Shown here piece by piece: positions 12,030 through 24,616 of a DNA stretch of 64,000 nt. The notes under the pieces were generated by a model. It was not told where the DNA came from. It saw only the letters and a program-made list of their open reading frames with translations, and ran no database searches. Location of the stretch: assembly GCA_964016885.1 (NCBI GenBank), contig OZ024745.1:80414001-80478000 (forward strand), written 5' to 3'. The DNA comes from Eledone cirrhosa (taxonomy: Eukaryota). Every line of letters starts with the position of its first letter. The stretch's first letter is position 1. A program made the translations under genes and the position numbers.

Positions 12030-12170
12030 AAGAGGGTGTCGAAAGATACCAGGTAGACCATAACGCGCCAGAGTACTCGATACTTGGCGTAGTAGAGTGG
12101 GTAATATTAAAAGATTCAGGACCCCAACAGCTGAGCTCCGGCCGTTTTGACAGCTAGATCCGAGTTCATA
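12030..12170 (-). mobile_element. Hammerhead family D fragment
   Basis: Reverse complement aligns with 44556-44663 (CCCACTCTACTAC..GAGTACTCTGG.GCGTTATGGTC); flanked by (TA)n. Confidence 0.65.
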
Positions 12171-12477
12171 TATATATATAAGAACTGGAAAAGTCTTATT
12201 TTCTTTGGTGAATGAATGCTTTAAATATAGTCCACTATTCAATTAAATTTTCACTTAAAAACGTGTTTTAGGACTGTAATCAATTAAATTACAGATTTGA
12301 AGTATGAAGTCGTACGACAAATTCATAAACTTCATAAATTACTTACAAAATTATAACGTAACTCGTGTAAATTATTATAACAATTAACTTTTATTTCATT
12401 TGGAAAAAGAAGGAATAAAAAGTAACTACCGGTGTTTTTATGTTAGAAATGATCAAGTTTGAATATTGACTAAGCTA

Positions 12478-12745
12478 AATGTGTCGGACGAAATGTGCGG
12501 CAGTATTTAGTTACCATCAAATCCCGCCGAGGTTAACTTTGCCTTTCATCCTTACGGGGTCGATAAAATAAAGTACCAGTAATACACTAGGATAATGCTG
12601 GCCTTGTGCCAAAAAATAGAAACAAATATTTAGTTACGAAGTTCACCGCGGTCAACTTTGCCTTTTATCTTTCTGATAAAGTACCAGTAATGCACTGGTG
12701 TAATTGCTGGCCCTGTGCCAAAAGTAGAAAATTATTATTATTATT
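12478..12745 (+). mobile_element. Two partial tandem SINE A copies
   Basis: Two AACTTTGCCTTT..AAAGTACCAGTAAT..GCTGGCC.TGTGCCAAAA bodies. Confidence 0.8.
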
Positions 12746-13173
12746 TAAATCCTTTATCCTTTATACTAAATAATCGCGATTGAGGATATGTGATGTTTCA
12801 TTTCTAAAATATATTACATTGCCTTTCAATCCGTTGAAATTCTTTTGCTTTTGACACTAAAACTATTTTATTTACCGGTAAATAACTAGCAGAGATGAAG
12901 GTTTCGATTACCCGTTTTTCCGTGGACATCGTTCAGTCTTATACATTCCTATAAATCGTTTAAATCATCAATAGTGTCAATATGCACTATATCTCCAACA
13001 TTAGGTTCACGCTTGATATATACACACACACACACAGGTTTGGTGAACACCAGCCGAAACCGCTCGGCCTCGCGGTTGGTTTTATATCTTCCTCTCTCTA
13101 TACACATATATACAATATAATATATATATATATAAATATCATATATATATATATATTATATATATATATATAT

Positions 13174-13227
<54 letters not shown>

Positions 13228-13313
13228 TATATATATATATAAATATCATATATATATATATATATCATATATATATATATATAATATCATATATATATCA
13301 TATATATATAGAT

Positions 13314-13361
<48 letters not shown>

Positions 13362-14748
13362 CACACACATTACATTTGTATTATTTTAGAGAAAAAAGAA
13401 TAATCCGAACTATTATTTTCAAACCGTTGTTTATTTGTTTATAATTTTGTTTAGTTATATCTTATGAGACCATTAAATAAACAAAGAATATCCTGAGTTA
13501 ATTAAATACTGACAAAGAATTTGAATGTTATTTACTAAGTTTCACAATCATCAAATTTTAACACAAAATTATGTACATTTTTCACACATCCATACGAATG
13601 AATTTGGCTATTTATTTACCTTTTAAAAATGTTTTGGTGAATTAGGAATTCGGATATAATAAAAAAAAATTTATCATTCAGAATATTATATAAGGAAAGA
13701 GATTAATCATCAATATTATTTAATTAAAATGTTCCTTTATTTTTAATTTTTATTTTCCTTTCCTTCTGTTTTAATAATTCTATAAATAGGTCAACCCCCA
13801 GTGAATCAAAATATATCTATAACCACCCCCTAAAGTTAGTTTAGGCAGCTGCCTTCTCAATCACGCCAGCTTTGCGAGTTAGAATAAATAAACTACACAC
13901 ACACACATATGTATATCTCCTAATTTTTCATGGCTGGGTCATTATTTGAAAGCTATCTAGCTCCCTTCACGATGACCCATAATTTAGCTGTTATCAACAG
14001 CTGCAACAAGGGATCAACCAAGGAGTGAGTGAGTGGCTCAATCTAAAATGTCAGTCTGATTGTGTTGCTTACTATCTTTTATCACTTTACCACTCACTAC
14101 ATGTCCACAAAACACCCCTTGTTAAAATTATTTCCTCTCGTGTCCCTAATATTTGAAGAAGACGTAGGATTTCGTCAGCCCCAACTGTCATATAGTTTTA
14201 AGACCCAAACCAGAAAATCACCATTATTAGCTTTGTTAGTCAAGTAAAATTTAACATGATTTATCTATAAATAATTTTTAATTTGATAATCAAATAAATA
14301 TTTTCGTTTTTATGAACACAAATCCTAGGAAAAGAGTAATTTGAATGAAATTAAATAAAAAACAAAACATTAAAAAAAATTCTCAATTTTTATTCAAATT
14401 ATATTTTACTTTTTAAATTTTTATTCATATTGTATTTTTTTTAATTTCAATTTTTATTCAAATTTCTCGACTAAATTATGAAGATCCCTCAATTTTATTA
14501 ATCAAAACCCCCAACTAAAATAAAATCTAAAAAACATTAAAAAATAAAACAAAAAAAGCCCCCAACCAAAAGTGAATGATAGCTTCAATGTTACAGGGTT
14601 CATCAATAGTTTAATTATATCTGCCGCCCAACTCATGTTTATCTTTGTGTGTGGCTGATGTAATAGTTGTAAACATCTTTCAAAGTTTTATGTATCATGT
14701 CTTTGTGTTCCTTCCTCGTTGTGGTGAATATTTTCTCTCTAGAAATTT

Positions 14749-14999
14749 TTTACAAAATGTAGGAATCCTAAACATAAAAAATAGCTGTAACAGACGATTA
14801 CTATAAATGATAGTTTAGAAAAATCAGGTAAAATACCCATAAAGATCATTTTTTTTAAAATGGCCAGGGGCTGCTATGGAGCTGGCCACTTTTTTTTTCG
14901 TCTATATGACTGTTTTACCCGATTTTCGAAACTATTATTTATGGCAATCGACTGTTGTTACAGTTATTTTCTTTGTTTGGGATTCTCATATTTTGTAAA
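14749..14999. mobile_element. MITE-like imperfect palindrome
   Basis: TTTACAAAATGTAGGAATCCTAAACA...TGGCCAG / CTGGCCA...TGTTTGGGATTCTCATATTTTGTAAA. Confidence 0.65.
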
Positions 15000-15976
15000 T
15001 AATTTTAGTTTATATAGAAAATTATTTATCTATAAACTACCCGTCTCCTTGTGTGTCGTATTCTTTTCTTTCTGGAAAGAAACCACACTTCACTTCTTTT
15101 CCTTTTTATATATTTTCTCTAAATTTTTTCTTCCTCTCTCCATCTTTGTCTTGTATCTGTGTATATACATCGTTGTTTAACCCTAGGTCATTACGAATTC
15201 AACAAACCTCTTCACAGAGATTTCCATCCATGACCATCCCATTTATTTTTTGTTTGGTAAATTTATAGAACACCTCTATCGATTTCAGTGGGAAATAATT
15301 ATTTTTCCTCTTTCTTTTTCGTGTTAGCAATTAAACTTACCTCTGAATATACTGCAAAAAGTTTCCCCCCGTAAAACGGATCGGAGAGAGGGTCGGAGTT
15401 TTCTTTACCGTATTTTTCCCTCGTTTTTTTTTTCGTGTGTTACCAACTAATCTTACGTCCTGACATGCTGCAAAGGACTTTCTCCTCGAAAGGCGGATCC
15501 TCGGACCTTCCCCCTGTCGGAGTTTTATACCCCCTAACCTTAACCCAAACAAATCAATAGAGGTGTTATATAATAATATGGTTTGTTTTTGCAGAGATGT
15601 AAAGTATCAAGAACTACATTATCCTTATCCTTTGATTTTTAGTTGAAGATTGGCTGCTATTTTTAGCAGATAGGGCGACTTTGTATGTGTTGTTAGTATG
15701 GATGTATATATCTGTGTGTGTATGTATATATGTATGTGTGTATGTATGTATTTATGTTTGTACTGTGTGTTTGCTTGTTTATGTGAAGGTTTGTGAGTTT
15801 ACATTGATAACTATCCAAGATGATTGGATAACATCCATGGGCTTGGCAGATCTCTATTGATGATCCAACCGGATCAGTTGGAGACGGTTGCTTCTGGCAG
15901 GACCCGCTGGAAGGAGTGTTTGAGGACTCGTCCCCCACGACCCCACCAGGAATATGTGGGCGAAGAAGAACTAGTT

Positions 15977-16091
<115 letters not shown>

Positions 16092-16249
16092 CGTACAGTA
16101 GTATGTATATACATACATACATATATGTACGTATGGGTTTACCGAACATTTATTATAATGTTCGGTTTGTTTGTAAACAAACAGCCCTAATTAAGCCGTA
16201 CAGTGTTCGGCAACCATCGTTGCCATTTTGTTCAACACTGACAAAGGAA

Positions 16250-16290
16250 GATGAACTAGTTTCTAGCTTATTAGCTGTCATCAGCACTGT
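16250..16290 (-). ncRNA. Minimal type I hammerhead ribozyme motif
   Basis: Minus strand: CAGTG-CTGATGA-CAGCT aata AGCTA-GAAA-CTAG-TT-CATC. Confidence 0.65.
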
Positions 16291-16747
16291 ATACCTTCCT
16301 ACCAGTCGATTGAACGTTTGAAAGTATATACTTTCCTTATGCATATTAACGGCTGAGCAGCCTAATTTGTATATCGAGTGAGTTAGTTGGCCGGGCGTAC
16401 CGAAAACGATAAATGGAAAAAATGAAATTTCATTTCTCACTCAAACAAACCGAACATTATAATAAATGTTCGGTGAACCCATACGTAAATATACATATGT
16501 GTGCATGTATGTATGTATATACATACTACTGTACGTCTGTATACATATATGTATGTACGTATACATACTTATATTTAAGTATCAGCCGTACTAAGAGTGA
16601 GAAATGAAATTTCAGTTTTTCCATTTATCGTTGTCGGTACGCCCGGCCGACTAACCCACTCGATATGCAAATTAGGCTGCTCAGCCGTTAATATGCATAA
16701 GGAAAGTATATACTTTCAAACGTTCAATCGACTGATAGGAAGGTATA

Positions 16748-16788
16748 CAGTGCTGATGACAGTTAATAAGCTAGAAACTAGTTCATCG
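16748..16788 (+). ncRNA. Minimal type I hammerhead ribozyme motif
   Basis: CAGTG-CTGATGA-CAGTT aata AGCTA-GAAA-CTAG-TT-CATCG; palindromic CTAG in stem III. Confidence 0.65.
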
Positions 16789-17099
16789 TTCCTTTGTCAG
16801 TGTTGAACAAAAGGGCAACGATGGTTGCCGAACACTGTACGGCTTAATTCTGGCTGTTTGTTTACAAACAAACCAAACATTATAATAAATGTTCGGTAAA
16901 CCCATCCGTACATATATATATATGTGTGCATGTATGTATGTATATACATACTACTGTACGTCTGTAAACATATATGTATGTACGTATACATACTTATATT
17001 TAAGTATCAGCCGCATTAAGAGTGAGAAATGAAATTTCACTTTTTCCATATATATATATATATATATATATATAGAAGTGGTATTTAATTTGTTGGAAG

Positions 17100-17520
17100 T
17101 CCGACAAATATAAATGTTATAACTGATTTAGAGCACTCAACAAATTACTGGAGTATATATTCAATGATATTAAATAAATGGAAACTATATTTATAAAACC
17201 ATATTTATTTTATTATATATATTTCAAGGGCAACTATTTCAATTCACTATCCAGTGAATTTCCAACCGATAAGGTATGATTTTCTTGGGTATGTCTCTAT
17301 TTATAAAATAAACTTTGTATTTTATCTGATGAAAGCGTACCAATGTTGTCTTGGTTGCCCTTGAAATATATATAATAAAATAAATATGGTTTTATAAATA
17401 TAGTTTTCATTGTTGGTAATTCAACAAATATAAATGTTTATAACTGATTCAGAGCACTCGACAAATTTTCTGGAGTATAATATTCAATGATATTAAATAA
17501 ATGGAAACTATATTTATATA
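17100..17520. mobile_element. Hammerhead element family C with inverted and direct duplications
   Basis: ~17182-17234 is the reverse complement of ~17354-17406; ~17105-17195 recurs at ~17424-17518. Confidence 0.75.
17318..17382 (+). ncRNA. Type I hammerhead ribozyme motif
   Basis: TATTTTAT-CTGATGA-AAGCGTACCAA tgttgtc TTGGTTGCCCTT-GAAA-TATATA-TA-ATAAAATA; 8-bp stem I. Confidence 0.75.
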
Positions 17521-17656
17521 TATTCCAGAAAATTGAATTATTTACCCCATATCTTACGTTAAAATGTTTTCCTCTTGATGTTATAGTCACTTATGTCTGA
17601 ATTATTGTCGGCTTTTTGCTTACATTAATTTCTCTATTTTCATATATATATATATA

Positions 17657-17900
17657 TGTGAAAAAATGGGGAGAAGAATACTGCATGGTTGCACATGGAT
17701 AACATGTTATAAAATGAGTCCCTCATCAGTGATTTACCAACGGTCATAGGTATTTCATTGCATTAAAAATCATATACCCCACGTTGGCGCAATAATAACT
17801 AAAATAAGTTATTAGGACAATTAAAACGCGTAAAGCGAGTGAGACAAGTAAACAACATAGAGGAAAGCTAACCGAAGATAGGAAAAGACACAAGCTACAT
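17657..17900 (-). repeat. Unclassified (TA)n-flanked interspersed repeat
   Basis: Reverse complement of 49823-50053. Confidence 0.8.
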
Positions 17901-18284
17901 AGTTATTCTATCAGTATAAGCTGGGTGAATATATGAGCGAATATATATATATATATATCCTAAATTACATTATTTAAATACAAGAACGTTGTCCATAGCC
18001 ATTTAAATATCAATTTAGACAGAAAAAAACTCACAGGCTGTGTACTAAATCGTATTCAAAGATTATATTGGCACCAGTCTTACCTAATATCTTAAAATTT
18101 CAATATATATTTTTTTCTATTATAGAATTTGATTGTAAATGTAAAACAATGATAAAAAAATTTTGTTTTGGGTTTTGTTCATCGTTATTATTGAAATTAT
18201 ATTACGTAAATTCATTCACAAATTCTACTACTTAATAACAATGTATAATAGTAATTTCACAAGTTATATACCACCTAAAACAAT

Positions 18285-18705
18285 ATGATCTGCCCGTGGC
18301 CAACATGAGAGGTCTACTCTGTCTAGGTGAACTCCACAATACCATTGTACTCAGAGTAGGAGCCGATGTATGTGGGAAACTGAACTGTCACTGTGGTAGG
18401 CCCCGTGATTCCACAGGTCTTCGTGGATTGTCTTGCTGTCTGAATGCAGGTCGCTTCGCTCGCCACATCGAGCTAAACTTTTATTATTAACCGGGCCCTA
18501 GCTCGGGTAAATATCCTTTCAATCCCGGAGCTGGCTAGACGATCCAGAGTTGAGAAGAAAACAGAAGGTTTTATCATTTGTCCCTGGGTAAGAGGTAGAT
18601 GTCTCACTTGGGATATCACAGTCAGTGACTCTATTGCTTCTTCCCACATTCTGAATACTGCGGTAAAAGTGATGGTCACTGCTTCCGTAGCCGAACAGCA
18701 ATATT
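18285..18705 (+). mobile_element. CRE-like non-LTR retrotransposon C-terminal fragment (zinc knuckle + restriction-like endonuclease)
   Basis: CHCGRPRDSTGLRGLSCCLNAGRFARHIELN; after a frameshift IINRALAR...EGFIICPWVRGRCLTWDITVSDSIASSHI. Confidence 0.7.
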
Positions 18706-19317
18706 CCTATTCGGATATTGAAGGTGGGATTTACGTTCATGATGTTGTGGTTCACGAACGGAACTTTGTAGATCCTGCGGACCCTGATGTGCACACACAG
18801 CTCATAGAGAACACATGGAGCCGTGCAAAGAAGAAGCTTCGTCGCCAGCATGTTTCGTTTAAACACACACACAAAATGTAAACACGACGTTCGAAAATGA
18901 AAATAAATATACTTTCATTATTGCGACCGCTAAAAGGAAGGAACGCCGATATATGCTTTATTACACAAACGCGTGTACATAGAGATTTGCTCCTTTATAC
19001 ACACGTTGAAATACATATATATTTCTGTACATATCATTACTCTCCCAATACATCATTCTAACAGACTTAAGCACACAGTTATCTATTCTTATGAGAACTG
19101 ATTAAATAAAGGGAAATAACCGATATATCCAGTGCAGATGGTAACTTCCCTTGTTTCAATTTAGTTGATCCATTTAATAAAATATCAAAATTCCCAGAAA
19201 GAGAATATTTTTATTCTTAATTTAATTGATTAAACTTTGCCAATGATTTTCCCGAGATTGATAACACAATTACATTTAATAGTAAATTGGACGTGATCCC
19301 AAAATTGGACTTTTACC
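18706..19317 (+). mobile_element. Merlin (IS1016/ISXO2-like) transposon 3' fragment
   Basis: GGIYVHDVVVHERNFVDPADPDVHTQLIENTWSRAKKKLRRQ; candidate terminus ...GGACTTTTACC (GGTAA on the minus strand) at 19317. Confidence 0.7.
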
Positions 19318-19448
19318 TACATATATATTTATCGATATCATCATCATCATCAACGGTTAACGTCTATTTTCCATGTTTGAATGGATTAGATAGTTCTCGC
19401 GTGCTGAGGCCTGACCTTTCAGGTGACTAGGTCCTGCTCGTACACTAA

Positions 19449-19730
19449 GTTTCTGCGGATGGATGTCCTTCCTGAAACCAACCACTTTACAGTGTTCTGG
19501 GAGCGTGGTTTCTATAGCTGGTTGCACTTCCTAACACAAACCATTTTACAGTGTATTGGGAGCATGGTTTCTACATCTGGATCCCCTTCCTAACACCAAC
19601 CACTTTATAGTGTTTATTGAGAACATGGTTTCTATGGCTGGATGCCTTTCCTGACACCAACTACTTTACAGCGTATACTGGGAGTATGTTATTGTTACTT
19701 TGGCACTAACACCTTACAGTGTGGACTGGG
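19449..19730. repeat. ~60 bp tandem expansion of a SINE/LINE body segment, ~4 copies
   Basis: GTTTCTA..GCTGGATGCCCTTCCTAACACCAACCACTTTACAGTGT..TGGGAGC repeated. Confidence 0.8.
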
Positions 19731-20963
19731 TTCTTTTCTACATGGTGGATTGAATGCTTTTTTTTGTAGCACCAGCATTACCTCGCTATCACGCAGCCTT
19801 ACCAATGTGTCAGGTGATGCTCCTGGAGAAGATGCTTGGTTGTTCCAGTGTCTTAACCCTCTATCACCCATGGTAATACTGCCAGTGTGTTGGCTTGCCG
19901 CAAAAAGTATTAGAGGGAGGCTCCAGCACCCCTTGTGGTGTGTGATTGATTGACACAGTGTTTAATTAATGTTTTCTTTTGTTTTGATTCTATATTGTTG
20001 TGTGAAATAATTATGTGATTAAGTAATATATATATATATATATATAACAGGTTCCAGCAGCAGACCTGGTCGAACAGTGGGTGCTATTTACAACTGCAGT
20101 GACTGAAGCAATGCATGAGGCTGTGGGAAGAAGGTGCGGAATGAAGAGAGAGTAGTAGCTTCGTGAACCAACATGAGAACTGATCGATGAATGGAAAAAG
20201 GCAAAGAGTGAAAGGGTCACCACCAAAACAGAGGAAGAAAAGAAGAAAATAGACGCTGTATATCACCAGCTTGAATGACAGGTGAGGAAAAGCTGCATAT
20301 GGGACAAATGAGCTTGGCTAGAAAAGAAAGAAGAGGCAGAAAAAGCAGCCGGTTGAAACAACACGAGAACCCTATACTGCATTGTGAAAGAGATGATTAG
20401 AACAGGAAGCAATCCAGGTATGCCAGTGAAAGACAAAAATGGCAAGACAATGAAAGCAGAAAAAAACAATTAAAAAATGGACAGTCTTATCTCCTAAATC
20501 AATTCCTGGAAATCACTAGTTTTGAAGCTTTAAGGTTGACCAGTTCAATCCAGTGAATATTGGGATGCAACTAAGTAGGTGAAAACAAAGACAGGACAGT
20601 TTTGGTGAATTACACAAATAAAGACAAAAACAAAAAAATAAAATAAACAAATTCTACAAACCAAAGTGCACCAACTGAAAAGGAAGAGAAAAACGAAAGA
20701 AAATAATGTGCAAATGCTTAGCCAAAGGAGAAAAAAATATTTTGAAAATATAGCGATCTACAGGAGTTGACTGAGGAGATGGAACTGTTGTCTTTTCCAA
20801 TTTTTTGCTATTGTCTTTATCCTGTAAACCCCACTATTTTGAAAAAAAAAAATGTCTGTATATATGTATATAAATCATCATCGTTATTTAACATCCACTT
20901 TGCCATGCTAGCATAAGTTGGAAGGAGCCGCTGTTCTCACAGATGGACATGAAGCCTCATTAA

Positions 20964-21720
20964 AATAATAATAATAATGAAATTATTGTGTAAAGTGCTC
21001 AGGTGCACTACAATTTGTCAAAGGTGCATGTATAGTACATAGAATAATATACAAATGTCAGGGAAGTGAATAGTGTATGAGTCATGATATACATGTGTGT
21101 ATGTGTATGGAGGGGGAACATTAGGTGTAGTGTTGGCGAATCTCGGGAAGCATGGAGGTTTTAAAGGATGCAGTGTCTCGACAGCTAACAACTGATGCAG
21201 GTAGTTTGTTCCATGCTTCAGCAACTCTGAGCGTGAAAAAAGTTTCCGAAAGTCATGGGAACTGTGCTGTTTTCTGACTTTGTGGGGGCATGTCCACGTG
21301 TGTTAGACACATGGAAATCAAAAAGGTACTCAGGGTTGTTGTTGGCAAGATGGTTAATAATTTTGTGGGTGTTTACCAAGTCAGTTGCCAGGCGTTGGAG
21401 CTTCAATGTATCTATGCCCAGGGAAGCAAGGCGTTCAGAGTATGGTAGATGCCTGATGGAGGGTATTCGCTTGGTTGCACGTCTCTGAGCAGTTTCCAAG
21501 TGGTCAATATTCTGAGCAAGATAGGGGTTCCAGACTGGTGATGCAAATTCTAAGTGTAGCCGCACCATAGCCATGTACAGCCTTAAATAGATAGCTGGAG
21601 AGCGGCTGACAAAGGTCTTGCTGAGTGATGCTAAGACACCCTCGGCCCTCTTTAGAGAGGGGAAGAACTGGGTGCATTGTATCAAAGTACAAGCATTAGA
21701 GAGGCTATCAGTCATCGACT
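20964..21720 (-). mobile_element. CR1-type LINE 3' end
   Basis: LRLYMAMVRLHLEFASPVWNPY..LETAQRRATKRIP..LPYSERLASLG; (TTA)n tail at ~20964-20978. Confidence 0.92.
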
Positions 21721-22839
21721 CAACTTGTGGCCAAGTTTGTCGACCTTCTCACGGCAGGCCTTGGAAAGTAATCACTGATCTCTGGTCTCAAGTGAACAAC
21801 AATCAGGGATCAACTCATACAACTCATATGCAAGAAGAAGGTTAACTTAATTAAAAAGCCCTCTTTACCCCATGGGGAAGAAGGGGAAGTAAGATGCTTT
21901 GTTTCAAGGCAGCTGGTTTGGGGGTAAGAAGGGAGGCTAGTATGATTTAATATAGCATCTCAACATAGCATCAGCATCCTTTTTTAATCAGGATTGTCTC
22001 CTCACATAGAATATTGAATTGTTTACAAAGTTTATACAGTAGACAAGGAGTGGCATTTATTGAAGTGAAGTTTAGAAAAATTGATAGAAAACAGGATAGA
22101 CAGATGGTTATGAAGGCTAAGTCTTTATTCCAGAGAAGATGCTCCCACTGTCCTCAACATAAGTTACTTATTAGTGAAGTCAGAATAAGAACCAGACTAA
22201 ATCAGAAATGCAGGAAAATGTATGTGTGTGTATATGTGTGTGTGTGAAACACTTGGTTTAGTCAGAACAAGTACAAGGGGATTTGGATGCACTTACATTC
22301 ACGTCATTGGCATATCATTGACTATGTGATTGTAAGACATAATGATTTGCAGGATATCAGATCTATATGTTGTATGAGAGGGGGCAGAGCAGAGTGTTGA
22401 ATGGATAACCGTCTCCTAAGAGCAGCACTCCATGTTTGTGTTTGGAAGATGAAACATGGTAATGTTACGGTGTAGAGACATATAAATGTCTCACAATTGG
22501 CTTGCCTAGAAAAACAAAATAATTTTCAAGAAGCGCCTTACATTATTTGAACACTTTCACCCACTGAGATTTTTCTGCACCTTCCTTCGAGCATGACAAA
22601 AACTTATCCAGACATGTTTTCTTTTCCCTTAGAAGGCTTTCCACGAGTGGTTTGTTTGCGGTAAATCAGTCCTGATGTTTTTGCTCTGCATAACCCTTTG
22701 GAGAATTCTCTTGTAACTGGGTTGCCCTGAGAAATTTACGGGGCTTGTATGTTCATTGTATGGTGACCTGAGATCATGGGTTTACATCAATGGTGAGCTC
22801 CTAGAATCTTTCTCAGTTGAGACAGATGGGAAAAGAGTG

Positions 22840-24300
22840 ACCTACTTGCTCCAACTTTGTTTGCCATTTTCTCTGCAGTTGTTTTGTTAAAAGAATACTC
22901 CAACTTAGATGTTGGCAAATATATATGTAATCATACAACAGGAAGGCTCTGTAACATCCAAGGATTCCTTGCTGCATCAAAAACATATAATACATTTATA
23001 CATGATCTTTATGCAGATGACTGTGATCTTGTTAGCCACATGGAAGAAGACCATAAAATTCTGATGGATTCTCGACAACGTGTGATGAGTTTGGGCTGAC
23101 AATCAACCTGAAAAAGACAGTGATTATGAACCAGCATGCACCCGGAAATCCATATATTGCACCATCTATATCTGTCAAAGGGAAAATATTGAAGATTGTG
23201 GATAAGTTTGTCTACCTGGGTAGTACTCTCTCCAGAACCAGCACCCTTGATGAAGAGGTAAGTTACCGGCTGTCTAAAGTTTCTGGTGCTTTTAGTAAGC
23301 TAGAGAAGCACCTGTGGTCACAGTTAGATATCAGTGTGCACATGAAAATTGAAGTCTATCAAGCTTGTACTTACAAACTTGCTGTATGGATGTGAGACAT
23401 GGACATATACTGTGGGTATATCCAGTGCCTCAAATGTTTTCACCAACAATGCTTGTGCTCCAACATTAAGATCTCAAGATGGTCTCATATACCAGACACT
23501 GATGTGCTGCAGTGGACCTCTCTGCCAAACATTGAGACCAAGATTATGAAACAGCATCTCTGGTGGTCAGGTCACATAGTACACTTTGAGAACAGCAGAT
23601 TCCCACAAAAGTATTGTATGGAGAACTGTTGAAAGGCAAACACCTGCAGTGCAAGCCAACAATTGCTTTAAAGACTGCCTGAAAGATACCCTAAAGAAGG
23701 TCAACATTAACATGGGAAAATTTGGCAACAGACAGAGTTCAGTGGCAAAATCTGATTGCTACCATTGTTGAGGAGTTTGAAAAGAGGATGACGGCCTATG
23801 CTGTAGTGAAGCAAGCAGCTAAATATATGGGGGATATTAGTCCAATCCCAGAACAAAGTTTTAAAGAAATTCTTACGTGTGAGGTATGTGGACATGTATG
23901 TATGTCAAAAGCTGGACAACTAATCCATAGCAGACATCATACTCATGGAAATAAAACATTTGAGTACCCCACAAACTTTGATGTTGCAAGTGGCATCTGT
24001 ACCAAAGTGTGTCACTCTGCAAGTGGGCTAACACAGCATCACAAAGCATGCTATGCCAATCAAACTCAAGCAGGCAGGATACTTACCTGCATACTGTGTG
24101 GTATGACATGTAAGTCACATCCTGGTTCCATAAGCCATCTAAGGATGCATTAATAACACATTTTTGCCAATGTTTTTTTTTTTGTTCAAAGAAGTGGTTG
24201 TACTCGAACACGAGTTGGCTTCCATTGTGTATGAATGTATGTTCTCTCTTTCTCATAATTTGGCCAGGATTGGCCTCATCAGCCACCTCTGGACACACAA
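22840..24300 (+). mobile_element. RTE (BovB-like) LINE 3' half with C-terminal C2H2 fingers, frameshifted
   Basis: [37 protein letters not shown], then CEVCGHVCMSKAGQLIHSRHH / CTKVCHSASGLTQHHKAC / CILCGMTCKSHPGSISHLRMH. Confidence 0.9.
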
Positions 24301-24331
24301 CCACAGATTGTATGTATGTATGTATCTTTGT

Positions 24332-24492
24332 AAGGTGGCGAATTGGCAGAGTCATTAGAACATTGGATAGAATGCTTTATGGTATTTGTTCCAGCTCTCT
24401 GTTCTCTGAGTTCAAATCCCTCCAAGGTAAACTTTGCCTTTCATCCTTTTAAGATTGATAAAAAAACGTCACAGTTTAGTACTGGGGTCAAT
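24332..24492 (+). mobile_element. SINE family A, old variant
   Basis: GGTGGCGAATTGGCAGAGTC..GAGTTCAAATCCC..CTTTGCCTTTCATCCTT. Confidence 0.75.
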
Positions 24493-24616
24493 TCTTCCTC
24501 TTTCTGGAAGAAATCTGCTGTACTCCACCAGGGTTAAAATGTCCAAGACACGGTATGTCAATATGATGCCCTTACGACTCTGTCAGGAGTTACTGGATCA
24601 TACATACATACAAATA

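Noticed and set aside
12885-12950. Minus-strand CTGAACGA...GAAAC motif
   Set aside because: Core has an extra base and the stems are weak
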